64,000 nt of DNA. Source: Marsupella aquatica (Eukaryota > Plantae > Marchantiophyta). Shown one piece after another: positions 15,249-27,813 of this stretch. The stretch is from positions 9,425,875 to 9,489,874 of the forward strand of contig OZ316891.1 in NCBI GenBank assembly GCA_973895155.1. The letters run 5' to 3'. A program made the position numbers and the translations under genes. The notes under the pieces were generated by a model that saw only the letters and a program-made list of their open reading frames with translations, made no database searches and was not told where the DNA came from. Position 1 is the first letter of the stretch. Every line of letters starts with the position of its first letter.

Positions 15249-15888
15249 GATGACCCAGCTCTCTGCCTTGGAACTCTGAACTCTGCTCTGTGTCTCGAAA
15301 TCTATCGTCCTATTTGTGGGTACCTATCTATCTCCCCAGCAGGCTAGCATCAACGGAGTGAAACACCATCTCCTTGTCCAATGGAAAATCTTCTCTATGG
15401 CTCACGAATGATCTCTACAAAGGAGCATGTTGGACATCCAAACAACCAACAAGGAGAGAAGACGTCTCCACTGCTGTTGCTGCTTCGTCCACCTTTCAGT
15501 CTAGTACCTCGTAGAAGAGAAGCGATTAGGGAGGCAAGGGGCTATGCACTGCAGTCATCTGCAGATTGGGAGAAGTGGAGAAGTGGAGAAGTTGCTGTTG
15601 AGACCCAGGTGGGACGAGTCCATGATATGCCAAGTCACAGGACTTATCTGGGAGCGTAAAGCATATTCTTTATCGGTCCCCACCACTGAGGCTGAAGGAA
15701 TTTACATTGCACACTAAACACTTCGAAGGTGACGAAGCAGGCAGCCAAAGTTCCATGCACAGCCTCATACCGTGAGGGTCCACAGCTCCCTCCTCTTCCT
15801 GCCCCAAATTGTGTCCCACAACAATAGAGAGCTTTACTACATTATTCCCACTCTTCTTTGGTGAAATACATACTTGCCACTCTACTCA

Positions 15889-16041
15889 GTTTAACTAGAG
15901 TGAGTGCCACTTTCCACTGGCATCCCCAACTTTAATCACGCCCCCAGAGTCATGATCTAGAGGCTCCAGTCTTTTTAAGTTTGACTAGAGTGAGTGCCAT
16001 TTTCTATTGGCACCCCCAACTTCAGTCATGCCCCCAGAGTC
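15889..16041. repeat. Imperfect direct duplication of ~63 bp, ~90 bp apart
   Basis: actagagtgagtgcca...ccccaactt...gcccccagagtc occurs at ~15894 and ~15984. Confidence 0.8.
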
Positions 16042-18726
16042 CACCCTAGACTGTAAGCCCAGAAGAGTAGCTTTCTATAGTGATTATATAGTTAGATGAC
16101 TACTTTGCTCCCACCCCCTCCTGGTTGGCTGCCCCACTCCCCAATCCCCCTGGTCCAGGGTGTTGAACTTAGGTTGAGGATGGTGACAATGGTCCAATAA
16201 TGAACTGGCAAGATGTTGAATATTGGATCATTTCAAACTAACTACTGTAGAGCTTACTTTGCTTAACCAGTTATGTAAAAGGGTGGAAACATAGTAATTA
16301 AACTGAAATAAACGGCAAGATATATAATTTGACAGAAAGAGTGTTGATGTAGTAAATCTCACTACGCCAACATCATTGACTCAGTCGTATGAATACCATT
16401 AGTAATGAGTAAATGACATCAGGCATTCTTTTTGTTTGGACAAATCCTTATCAGACACCAGATCAAGTGCCCGGCAATGCCAAATTGCAGCCATCCCAAA
16501 CAACTCTGCATTGCTGTTTGTCAAATAATGAGTGTTTCCAAAGTAGAACCACCACTGTCCTCCAGGTTTGGGGAGGACAAAATAGAGCAATATTTTACTG
16601 TTTTGAGCACATTTTTGGTTTATTTTAGTAACCACTATCCGTCAGGTTTTGCTTCAGGGACAGTGGAGCTTTAAGAACAGGCTACTGCTTGGGCCTTAAA
16701 CAAAAGTCAAAAGGATAAGGAAATGACCCATCTTTGGAGTGTTTGTGTCATGAAACTAGAAGACTGAGGACTTGATTTCTTATAAACTAATTCAACTGTT
16801 CCAAGAATTAAAGAAATGCTTGCAAGAATTTTGAATAAAGAACCCTGATGAACGTAACTACATATAGTCAGCAGCCAGTTTACATCAAAAAGAAAAAGTG
16901 ACCACCTGCTATTGGAAGGGCGGTTCACTTTTGAGAAGAAAGCCCCAAGGTACTTCTGGACGCCCCAATTAACTGTACCTTTTCGGTTTTTTTTGTTTTT
17001 GCAGACTTGTGCATCTGGTGCTTGGCAGACTTGTGTGCTTATTTGGACAACTTTTGGATCTTGGTTTAATCTCAAATCTTCTCAGCGTTTTCTCTGACAT
17101 CCAATCTATTAGCTCACAATGTTTGAGTTTTTTTATGAGACATTTACTTAATTTCTAATGAGCACAAAAATGATTAGATATATGAACCAACTGCCAATGG
17201 ATGCTTTACTTTTGTGAAGGGCGCACTGAGTAGTTTGGGCACAGGTGGAAAATTCTTACTTTTCAGAAAGACTCTTCAAGTTTGCAAAGGACACTGGGGT
17301 AGTGTAGGCATGAGCAATAAACCACTGATTTTGTGAAGGACAACTTGAGTAGTTTGGCATGAGAAACTACTTACCACTAGGTAAACTATATCAGATTTGG
17401 AAATCTATCTGGGGTTCAGAGCAAACCCCTTGGTCCATCCTGGCTTTCTTTTCAAGGACTAGCCTGACTACCCGTTCTTTGAACATGAATAGCGGGGAGT
17501 ACAATGAAAATTTCACCAAAATATATTTCTTATTCACATTATTTGAGGTTAATGAAATGATAAAAAAACCATCATATACGTCATCATTTTAATAATCATA
17601 CATAACATATTATACTCTTTTCTATGCACATCCCTCTTTCTATGCACATATGCTGTGGTGGGAGGGCCATAGAGCTCATTTTTTAATATAAATATAAATC
17701 ACGACAAAAAGCATGCATAACTTTCATTTGACATACATCATAATCATGAGTTTTCCCATCCACGTGATGAGCCATGGAGTTACGGTCTAGAGACTTCACT
17801 CTAGAAGCCTAGGCCCCAACTCTAGCTTGTAGTTGACGCTTTATAAGTAAGATTTCTCTTAAATAGTTGAGCACTGAAAGATAACTCTCTTGTTAATTGG
17901 TAACCATCCTTGATGAAATGGTCCATGTCAAGCTTAGCTCTATTTCAGCTATACCTACATATTACATATATCTCATATACCCATACCAGCCAAGTGAATT
18001 ATACAACCAGCACTTGATACCTCCAAAGTGAGTGCACCGCACCCAGGACCTCACCTTTCCATCCAGAGAAATAGTTTGAATTGTTAGATTTATTAATTTT
18101 GAGGTTGAGCCTAAAAAAGACAAATTGGCACATCCCTAAACTTTCAACCCCAACGTCAACAACACCTTGGACTATACTGTACTTCTTTCCCTTGCAACAC
18201 TTCTTTCCCTCAATGACTTCCTTGCCTAGAAGATGCACCCTGCATCAATGACACATAAGATGCCTCAACAATTTCCTTGTCTCACTTGTATTTCTTTGTC
18301 TCACCTCTACATTGCTCCTGTAATGCAAGACGTGCTTAACTTATGTGGAGAATGTGCTAAAATTATGTGGAGAAAAATCTGGTTGGATTAAAAACAATTA
18401 GGATTAGCTAGTCTAAGTAATCGGGTGACCAAGCACATAGTGAAACCAATGTAATTGTATATCTTTTCTTACCATGAATAGTAAGCAATGTCTGGTTTTA
18501 AACTCATTTTTATGGCAGTCAGAGGGTCCCCACACAGGAATGGCCAGGGAATTTGCCTAAAACATTAGTGACTTTTGGCTTCATTAACTGACTTGGTGGT
18601 CATTGCAATGTTTGCCTGGAATATTAGTAAACATATGGATTCATATGCTTTGCGGTGGCACCCTGTCTCCCAGTTCGGCGTTTTTGCCTTTAGGCACTGT
18701 GATATATACATTCCATGATTGTAACC

Positions 18727-18985
18727 TGTAACATCCCTCGTTTGTGGATTGCTTTCGATTGCAATCTCTGCTGTTTAAAATTGCAATGCCTGCTGCACCA
18801 AATGTCAAGCTGGATGGATGTAACATCCCTCTTTTGGTGAATTGCTTTCGATTGCAATCTCTGCTGTTTACGATTCCAATGCCTGCCGCACCAAATGTCA
18901 AGCTGGATGGATGTAACATCCCTCCTTTGTGGATTGCTTTCGATTTGCAACCCCTGTTGTTTACGATTGCAATGCCTGCTGCACA
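18727..18985. repeat. Tandem repeat, 92-93-bp unit, ~2.8 copies
   Basis: Unit tgtaacatccctc...attgctttcgattgcaatc...caatgcctgctgcaccaaatgtcaagctggatgga starts at 18727, 18819 and 18912. Confidence 0.92.
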
Positions 18986-20007
18986 TGAATGGACGAATTG
19001 CAACTGTGAGACGTTGGTCCGCCGACCACACGAACAAAATGCCCTGAGGAACATAAGTAGCCATTTCAATCTTCCCATCTCACTTACCAGAATGTTTTGC
19101 TAGCCGTCATCTTGTTCAATTCTTAGGGCTCTCATCAAGCACGTACACAAAAGGAAGCAGAGGACAAGCAAGAGAAATCTACTAACTCCATTCACTCTGG
19201 TCAATTAAAACTCCTTTCATTTCTCAGCTGCCAGAATCTTTTGCTGAACATCTTCTTGTTCATTTCTAGATTCTCCCATGAAGAGCCCAAAAGAATGCAG
19301 AGGACAAGCAAACACAGCCTTGACTCCATTGAAATTGGTCCATTTGGGCACCACGTAATTATGGCGTTCGAGCAATCGGTGGAGACAGAGGAAACGTAGA
19401 AACAGTCCATTTGCTCCATTTCAAATCATTCCATCTAGTTACTGCATTGGCTCTTCATGGCAAATAGGGATGACAGACTACAATTGACGTGCCTTCCCAC
19501 AGTGAAATCAGTGCTAGAAGGATTCATATTTCATCGTCAAAGCCGGGAGCCTACATCCGAATTGCTGCACAGTTCTAGCTTGAAGGAATAAAAGACTCTC
19601 ATCGTCCACCCTAATTGAAAGCGCAAACCATGAGCTGTATTGTGGTCATTAAAAAATTGTCTTCTTCTTTATAGTACATGCATAGTACAATGATGGGTAC
19701 CCAGAACTGTTTGCCCTTTGCTAGCAACGTCCTTTGAGCTACTGACTCCAGTACGAACAAAACCAACAATCAATACTCGCTCACCTCATCGTTCTTTTTC
19801 CGCTCCAGCTCGACCTGTTTAGACTGGGTCCACTCAACTTATAAAGTTATCTCAAGACTGAGGAGATTTACTCCATCGAAGCTGGATAAATTTCTCTCTG
19901 GTAGAATCCATCCAGGTTACTTCATATGTGGATTTCCACTGCAAATCGGTGAGAATCTCCGGGCCCGCAATTTCTGTATCGCAAAATCTGAAAACGATCT
20001 CGCAGCC

Positions 20008-20694
20008 TTATTCGACATGTGTATCCCGAAGTGCATTCACCCCCGTGTAGTGAGTTCGCAGAGTCCAGGGAACATAAACGGGAAGCAGAAAGCACCATAG
20101 ATTGAAGTGCCAGATCAAAACATTGCTCACGACGACAGACCGCCCGAAAAGGCCCCACGCAGTAGAAGCCAACGACAGCCCGCTGCTCACATCTCTGCTG
20201 AATACGGCAACCGCCCATGTAGACAAACTGATAAGCCTGTGAGCGTTGTACAGGGCGGGTATCAACCCTTTAATCGGATGGGCGAGGGTGTCCAGCGAGG
20301 CCGTGAGGTTCTCAGTGAGTACCTGGGCGCACAAGAGGAACAGATGCGGAGCAGACTCTCTCACCGTCGTCTGATCACCTCCCACAAAGGCAATGAAGAT
20401 TTGCAGCAGCGGTAAAAGCAGACCGATGACTGCAGCTAACAGCATATACTTTGGCAGAAAACGCGCCCATGGAAACCTCCAACCACCCACAGGCATTGGT
20501 CCCACCGTTGGATACGCCACTCTGGACATTGTGTACACGAACACTGAAGCGAAAATTGCAAAGAAAACGTCCATCCATGGTACCGACTTGATTGCCAGCA
20601 AGTAGACCATGACCGAAGTGTTGAAAACGGTCAGGAAGTTCCATTTGTGATTTGTGGCGTTGATCCCGCCGGGCTTGCTGCTTTCGTTCGACAT
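20008..20694 (-). CDS. Intronless plant multi-pass membrane protein of unknown function (AT1G27990/AT5G52420-like)
   Basis: First in-frame ATG is at 20694. Several hydrophobic helices are present, with family motifs VPWMDVFFAIFASVFVYTMSRVAYP, IGLLLP, GDQTTVRESAPHLFLLCAQVLTENL, LIPALYNAHR, WGLFGRSVVVSN and NLWCFLLPVYVP. Confidence 0.85.
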   Translation of the reverse strand: MSNESSKPGGINATNHKWNFLTVFNTSVMVYLLAIKSVPWMDVFFAIFASVFVYTMSRVAYPTVGPMPVGGWRFPWARFLPKYMLLAAVIGLLLPLLQIFIAFVGGDQTTVRESAPHLFLLCAQVLTENLTASLDTLAHPIKGLIPALYNAHRLISLSTWAVAVFSRDVSSGLSLASTAWGLFGRSVVVSNVLIWHFNLWCFLLPVYVPWTLRTHYTGVNALRDTHVE

Positions 20695-21749
20695 GATGGT
20701 GCTTTCGTGCTCAATGTCCTGCTTCTGGACTGTGGTTGACAGCGTGAGCGTTCCCTGGAGACTCACTGGTGCACTGCCGGGGGGGACACAATTACATCAC
20801 AATGACACGAGAGGACGACGAGCTTAAATCCTTAAATCCAGCTGAAAACTTTGCATTCAAATCTCCTCACAACCGATTCGAGAATCGAAACTTCGCCAGA
20901 AGAGTAAAAAGGAAGACCAGCTCGAATTTCTCATGAATCCTACACTAGTTCTATTCCACACCTAGACTCCATGGCACTGTAGTCCGATTACTTGATTCCC
21001 ATCGGACTTCCCGACTGCAGTACTCTTTCTTCTCGATGACTCGATGTGAGCAATTTACTGTTGCTGATTGAATCGTGGGATCTGTGTGGCTCAGTGCCTC
21101 AGTGCATACAGTGTCCAGAATGAGAATTTGCTTTCCCCTCTTTCATTATTAAGATACCTTCAAATTGGTTGGTAGGAAAGGATGCTGAGAACTTGAGAAG
21201 CCAGTTATTCTTGCTGTCCCGTTGACCAATGCTGTTCTGTGAGGACAGGAGAGCTCCCAGTGAATCTATTCACGAGTGTCGCAGCTTCCGAGAACCCATG
21301 CATGCATTCTTCAGGCTGCACGCACAAGGTTGTTACCATGGAATCATGATAGCTATATATGTATACGACTATTCATCCCCATTTCCAGCCACATAATCGT
21401 GAGGGCCTATCCAAATGGGTATCTTCTTCATGAGAAGGTCTTTCCAGGATTTGGCACATACTGCAGTGAAGGACAGAAAGACATTGATTCAAACGCAATC
21501 GGGCCAAAGAAAGAAGGCGACAGACTTTACTACTTTAGGAACTTGGACAACAGGGCACGTCGATCGACCACCGTGTGATAAGGTCGAGGTGAAATTCCTT
21601 CGCCATCATGAGAGTTGGTGGGACTGCCAGTCCAAAATTCAAGATGAAAGCGAAAGCGTCAAAGCGTTCCACTGTCACACAACATAAGAATCACGACTCA
21701 CGAGAAACTGCTGTTTGCCTCGAAACTCAGGCATTGAAACAGCCCCGTT

Positions 21750-23050
21750 AACTATTATCCAACTCTTCATGGGGTTGTGTAAAAGTTGGCCAACTGATAA
21801 AGTTTCAAAACTCGAATCTCACTTTCTCTGGTCTATGCTTGTTGGGAGCACTAATTCAGGGTGGCTTAACAAAGCAGTTTCAACATTTTTCTGGTCTTTG
21901 AGATGTGATCAGGGCCATCCATTTGGGATTGGGAGATACAGCTCCTCTTCACTTTAGAAGAAGTTGGGGGCTTTGGTCAGCTTGCTAGGGGGATTAGCCT
22001 AGAACCCAGATGTCCCAGGTTCAATCCCCCCTCCACATGGGAGGGTTGTGGAGGGTACATGTGTGTGTAATTGTGGGGTGTAGTGGTGGGAGTCCTAGTT
22101 TCTCCTCAGCTCTTGGCTGGTCTGTTTTAGGGCTCTGGTTCAACCTCTCTCTCCCTGTAGGATCACAGGTGATGAGCCCCTTGTGGGCTACCCTAAAGAG
22201 GTGCATGCTGAGGAGTTGGCAGTCTATCCTCTGTTGGATGGGTCAGCTTTTGGTTTCAAGGCAAAAAAGAAAAAAAGTTGGGGCGGTCTCTTTCTAGACT
22301 ATTCTGGGTCCCACATGGAATGGATTGGGGCCCAAATTTTGATTATATGGAGCATATTTTGGTCCCGGATTTTAGATTACGTCTCTTGAATGTTGTTTCA
22401 CCAGGCCACTTCCATTCCTATTATGAGTCTTTGATATTAAAAGTGGACCCACATGCCCCTCATTAGATGTTTGCTTGTCAGAGCAAGAAGGGCCCTAGCC
22501 AAAGAACTATGTGACATTTATGCGGAGTGGGTCCCCAACTTGTCTCTTAGCATGACTTTTAGGTGGAGTGAAAATTATTCTAGCACCATTAAATTGTTGG
22601 CTTTGCAAGACATTGGGGTCTATAAAATGATTCCAAACTCTCGTTTAGCCCCTTTAGGCTATCTTTAGAATGTTAAATGACTGATAGATTAGCCTTGGTA
22701 AAATAAGACTCAAACTGCCCCTCAAGGTCCTGTAAAGCCACCCTAATGTGCAGCAGACTTGCATTTAGAGCACCTCCAACTGTACCGGTTTTGTTACTCT
22801 AGCTGGTTGTTGACCAAACCCATTAAAGAAAATACAAAAAATCAGGTCTGACCCACTCATAGAAACATCATGGGGTTTCGGGAAAGGTTTTTTTGGCTAC
22901 TGGAGTTGCATATGGAAGAGATTCTGCAATACTTGACTATGTTTTGTTGTTGAGTTTTCAAGATTTCAATCTATGGTTGTGGGAAGTTGATACGTGCTGT
23001 TTAGGGGAACTAGCTGCCCCCTCAAGGGTGGGGCTGCTTTTCAGTTGGCC
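21750..23050 (+). mobile_element. Possible highly decayed LINE ORF2 3' remnant
   Basis: Fragmented Trp-rich peptides, including FFWS and TLEEVGGFG, resemble the post-RT FLW...W...PKEEGGLG segment of plant L1-type elements. There are many stops and frameshifts, and boundaries are approximate. Confidence 0.3.
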
Positions 23051-23559
23051 ATGATAGCTACCTATAGTAAACTAAAAAGAGGATGTGGTCAGACTGAATA
23101 TTTAATGTACCGTGTAAGCAAGACCTAAATGGGTTTGGAGATGCTCTTTTGTGATCACTCAGAGCAAGTAGCATTTGGAAGTGTGTCGAGCACACTTGAT
23201 CTGAACTTATGTGAAGCAAGCAAAGCAAGTAGCATTTGGAAATGTGAAAGACATCCACCTCATGTCTTCACTTTTGTGCATGATGGGCACCAAGAGATAC
23301 GGAGCAGCAATGGTGTAATTGGCAGCAATAAATGATTTTTCAAAGAACACTTGTCTAGAATGAGACAATGGGACCCTTGGTGCAAATTTCCTTAATAAAT
23401 TGCTTCTTTGAAGATTTTATTCATCTAAGAGACATGGAAGATTAGAATAACAACCAGACTCAACTGCTTTACAACATGATTGGAGAACAACACTCTCTAC
23501 AAAATTGCAAGTTATTTGCTAGAAATCAAACTGTGTGTTTGGAATGGCAAAGCCCTGTT

Positions 23560-24010
23560 TTTAACCCCTACTGGGCCCTCAACATTTAAACCTGGGCTCC
23601 GGGCCTGTCACATGGTGCCTCCCACGCACCAGAATTGGCAAGTTGGGGCGTAGATGGCAGCCCCTGACCAGTCCCACCAAAGTGTGCATGGACAGCACCA
23701 AGCCCCAATTTTCCAATCTCTCCAGAAATATGATCTCTGTAGGAACTTCATGCTTGTCACTTCACTCATTGTGACTGGTGCCGACCAGGTCCAGGTGCGA
23801 TCTGCCAAGGACAACCCTGAATACTAGTGGCCTCACCACTGGCCCCAACATTGGGTAGCAAATGGCCCACCAAAGGAAATGCTCTAACATAATAATTTCC
23901 TTTGTGTAATTGTTCACTATATTATATATTTCAAACTGCCAGAAAACAAACCTAGTCCATCTGGGAGACAAAATCTCTCAGGCAAAAAACCCAATCATGG
24001 GAAAAAGGCA
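23560..24010 (-). mobile_element. Possible decayed LINE fragment (post-RT region)
   Basis: Peptides RKLLC*SISFGG and KFLQRSYFW...GAW resemble the KLSxW...LSxGGR and QRxFLW...VAW motifs. The match is weak. Confidence 0.25.
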
Positions 24011-26722
24011 AAGGGCGAGTTTATATATATTGGGTGTCAAGAGAATCTGGTCTATCAGAGTCCTCAAGTCAAACATTGGGTCAATCCGAGCATGATTTTC
24101 ACTCATGAGCTGGTAATGGATTTCGAAAATAGATAACAAACTTTCCGCGGAAAACAGCTAAATTGTATTTGAGTGGGTGGATTGTGATCGACGGTCCAGA
24201 CTGTGTGTAGCCTAAATTCAAAAATTATTATTCCTGCTCCCTAACTTCCCTCCTGCCCGTCGGGCACAACAGGAAAGAGTACGGTAGCGACATTCAAAAT
24301 GACAAAAATAGTTATTTCTTTTTGTCGCGCGTTCCAGATGACAGTCTGTTGCCGGGCAGCACTATTTTTTCACGAACGGCTCTGCCTTCCGGGCAGGGAA
24401 TAATTCTCTGGGCAGCCAGGTTTTTTACCTGGTTTCTAAAAATGGGCATCTCTAAAAGAAGAAGGGCGGGCTACAGTAAAGTTGGAACACACAAGCCATA
24501 TTTGTAGAGCACGTATGTGGTAGTGTCCTGTTTGTTTAGAGGGAGACGTTTATTATTAGATGGACTATCAACCAAACTTTTCTCTTAATCTCATGAGGTT
24601 TTGGGTACCTTGATTTATTCATATCAAGTAACATTTTTCATTTTTGAGATTCATCAGATAAATGTCTTTACAGGTTTCCATGGCTTTGGGGGATGTTTTG
24701 ATTTAAGTTTTGAGAAGCCATTATCACCCGTAATGCTGACTGTAATACATTTAAGGCCTGAGAGATTCTGTTTTTACTAGGTTTGGTAAAAGTCAAGGAG
24801 AAGATACTAATCTTGACCAAGAAAACTCCTTGAAAAACAGAAATATATTTACTTTATGGGTCCCCAAACCAAAGTATTCTCCCCAACCAAAACCCCATGA
24901 GGTTTTGGGCATGTTTATTTAAAGTCCATTAAAGGTCTGGATACGGGAGTCAATCAAGCAACAATCTTGAATTTGGGGGTCCATCATGTAAATGTCTCCT
25001 GAAAATACAGAGGGAAAAATGACAAAGTTAGGGCATTAAGGATTTTCAATTGTACAGTAGGGTCAGTTGATTAGTACAGTACTTATCGTGAAGGAGAAAA
25101 TGCCATGATTAATCTCTGATAATTACATCTCCTCATATATAAGAATAATTGTCCGAATCCAGCTAGTGGGGTTTGTGACCAGGTGGGAGAATGCCTAGCT
25201 AATTTTAGCCCAAAGTGGCCAAGACTTTAATTTTCAGTGAGATAGAATTGGGCAAATTTTTGCCACTGAATAAAATGCTGGCTGACCCTAAACTGGCCTG
25301 CTTTCACTCCTGGTGACTTTGCGAGAGGTCCAAACACTAATGGGCTTTTTTCACCAAGGAGAACTGGGAGTGCCATTTCTTGTTCTCAATACCAACTCCA
25401 TACCAAAGATATTCTGAAATGAACTTCAATATATGCAAATTCTTTGAATGAAGGAGCCAAAGTTTTGAAATGTTTAGACCTTGGGGTGAGCAATCCCTGG
25501 AAAGTCCTTTCCTGCCTGAGCTTTGGGCAAAGATCTAGAGATTAACACCAAGAACAGGAACTTTGTTTTTGTCCAACAGATTATGGGTGTCTCAATAGCC
25601 CAATAGTGTTGATAGGTAGAGGTGCACAGTTGAAACCCTCCGAAGTTGTAGTTGAAGTGGGGTTGAGACAAGCTTTTGACACTCAAAGGAAAATGATAAG
25701 GGGTTTTGCAGGCAGCAGCCGATGTGGATGGGCGGCAGTAAGTCCAAATGCCATGAATGACCAGGGACTCTTCATTACTGAATCCTGTAGAGGTGGTGTA
25801 AACTTCTAAATAAAATTGACACACACATGAGCATTTACTTTGGCCCACGGCTTGCCTTGTAGGATTGGTAGACACCATACATGAATGGGCCACTGAATTC
25901 CTGTAAAGCCACCTACAACAGTTTCCACTCATTTAGAGGGTCTAGATTTAATCTCGGCCTGAATCAAAAGAAGGCAAGGTACCCCCATTTCTACTAGAGC
26001 CACTCTCAGCATTTTGTTTCCTTAGCTAGCGTGACTTTACTTGAACTAGTGTACAACAATTTAGATTACACTTCCAAACTTTTGCTTTGAGATATCATCA
26101 CCACCCTACATATCAAGTGACCAATCCACTGGCTGTACATGAAATTGAGAGTAGGGCTCCTTTGTCGTTTCCTTTTCTGGCCCTTGCTTCTTTGTTGGTT
26201 TTTGGTTGGGGTCTCCTTGGCTTGTTTTCCTTGGGGCCATTTCCCCCCTTTTCCTTTCCTTCATTGGGTTGCTTTGTCTTTGGGATCATGTCTCCCGGGT
26301 AAGTATTTTTTGCCCTTGGGCACCGTGATATATACTCTTGTAGTGAACTTCACCCAATCCTACTATGCATGGACTACAACCAACTTACTTTGCTGGCCCC
26401 CAAGATGCTGATGTGTGCAGTACATTTTTGCCTTTTTGGCCAAAGTTTATGCCACCTGTGCAGGATCTATTCTCACTGTTTTGTGACCCTATTATTAAAT
26501 GCATTACCTGACAGATTGTTTTGGTCAGGAGACTTTCAATGGGCCTGTATATCAGGCATGGGCCTCCTGTATCACGTATAGGAAAACACACGAGTACTTT
26601 GTCGGCTAGTTCATGTAAAGTGCAACTTGAGTGACTCTAATCCAACTTGTCAGAAGGTTTTCTACACACAAGTGTACTTTGTCCGCTACTGTAGTTCATG
26701 TGAAGTAAACAAGCATTGGACT

Positions 26723-26860
26723 CAGCATTGGTTTAAGCGGTTTACCATGGGGAGAGAAAAAATTGCTTAAACCAATGCTGTCCATTAAAGTACAATTAGT
26801 TGAACTACCCTAGTATTGGGTGACACAATGCTCAACCCATGGTAAACCGCATTGGTTAAG
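26723..26860. repeat. Two interleaved perfect inverted repeats (16 bp and 15 bp)
   Basis: cagcattggtttaagc (26723-26738) pairs with gcttaaaccaatgctg (26765-26780). gcggtttaccatggg (26737-26751) pairs with cccatggtaaaccgc (26836-26850). Confidence 0.9.
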
Positions 26861-27029
26861 GATCCATAAGTTGTCCAAGTAATTGCACAATTTTTGTTAG
26901 GAGCCCAGCAATTGATCTGAGATATCCTTATCAAAAGCGATATGTCCTTCCAGAAAAAGTACGTCACTTTTTTCCCATGCAAATTAACGTTCTTAGCAAA
27001 AGTGATGTGTCATTCCAAAAGCAGTCCAT

Positions 27030-27325
27030 CACTTTTATCTCCAATATAAATTGACAGATTACTTTACATAATCCATGGGGATTGGTACAACAAACCCATT
27101 TTTTAATCTCCAATGTACCACTTTTATCTCCAATATAAATTGCCTGACTACTTTACATAATCAATGGGGATAGGTACAACCAACCCATTTTTATCTCCAA
27201 TATAAATTGATCGATTACTTTACATAATAATACATGAGATTGGTACAACAAACCCATTTTTATCTCCAATATAAATTCACCGATTTCTTTACACAATCCA
27301 TAGGGATATAGTTACAACAAACCCC
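27030..27325. repeat. AT-rich tandem repeat, ~68-bp unit, 4 copies
   Basis: ttttatctccaatataaatt...actttacataat...ggtacaacaaacccatt recurs at ~27033, ~27122, ~27189 and ~27258. Confidence 0.9.
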
Positions 27326-27576
27326 TTGGTACATCTAGGCATAATATTCTTTCTGGGTACTCAAGTAAATTCCAGTCATCAGCATCGTCAGCTCAGCACT
27401 GTCCCAATTCTCCCACTCTCCCAGACTCCCATGCACTGACTGCCAGTCTTGCACGCTCGTTGGGCTGTCACCAGTCGGTGTCCAATTTATTGTGCATATC
27501 AGTTCAAGTCCTTTTAGTACGTTTCCTTGAGCTCCCTCCAGTCCCTTGACTAATTCTTATTAAATACGTGATGATT

Positions 27577-27813
27577 GATGATGCAATGGCTGTGGCTGCA
27601 ATAGATTAATGCACTTATTTATCAGGCCCTTACTTGAATCTCCTCCTCCTGCAGTGCTCACATCAGCTCATCACGATGGGTCCCTTGAATAAAAACTATT
27701 GAATATTTGATGGTCGATGGTGCAATGGCTGTGGCAATAGATTAATGCAATTCTTAGGCCCTTACTCCAATCTAGTGTACTCCTCCTGCTGGTGCTCACA
27801 TCAGCTCATCACG
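27577..27813. repeat. Imperfect direct duplication, ~100 bp
   Basis: tgcaatggctgtggc...aatagattaatgca...ggcccttact...gtgctcacatcagctcatcacg appears twice, ~140 bp apart. Confidence 0.85.

Noticed and set aside
16700-17490. Decayed transposase or gene
   Set aside because: Short internal repeats are present, but no diagnostic motif could be read.
18641-19103. Repeat-protein ORFs on both strands
   Set aside because: They arise from the tandem repeat, the 92-bp unit breaks the repeat frame, and no domain is recognisable.
24220-24420. MITE with terminal inverted repeats
   Set aside because: Only partial complementarity (ttattcctgc / gcagggaataa) and no clear TSD.
25300-26340. LINE 3' end
   Set aside because: A T-rich tail region and weak zinc-finger-like peptides are suggestive, but too degraded to support a call.
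27030-27325. CRISPR-like array
   Set aside because: The units are contiguous near-identical repeats without unique spacers, the context is eukaryotic, and no cas genes are present.
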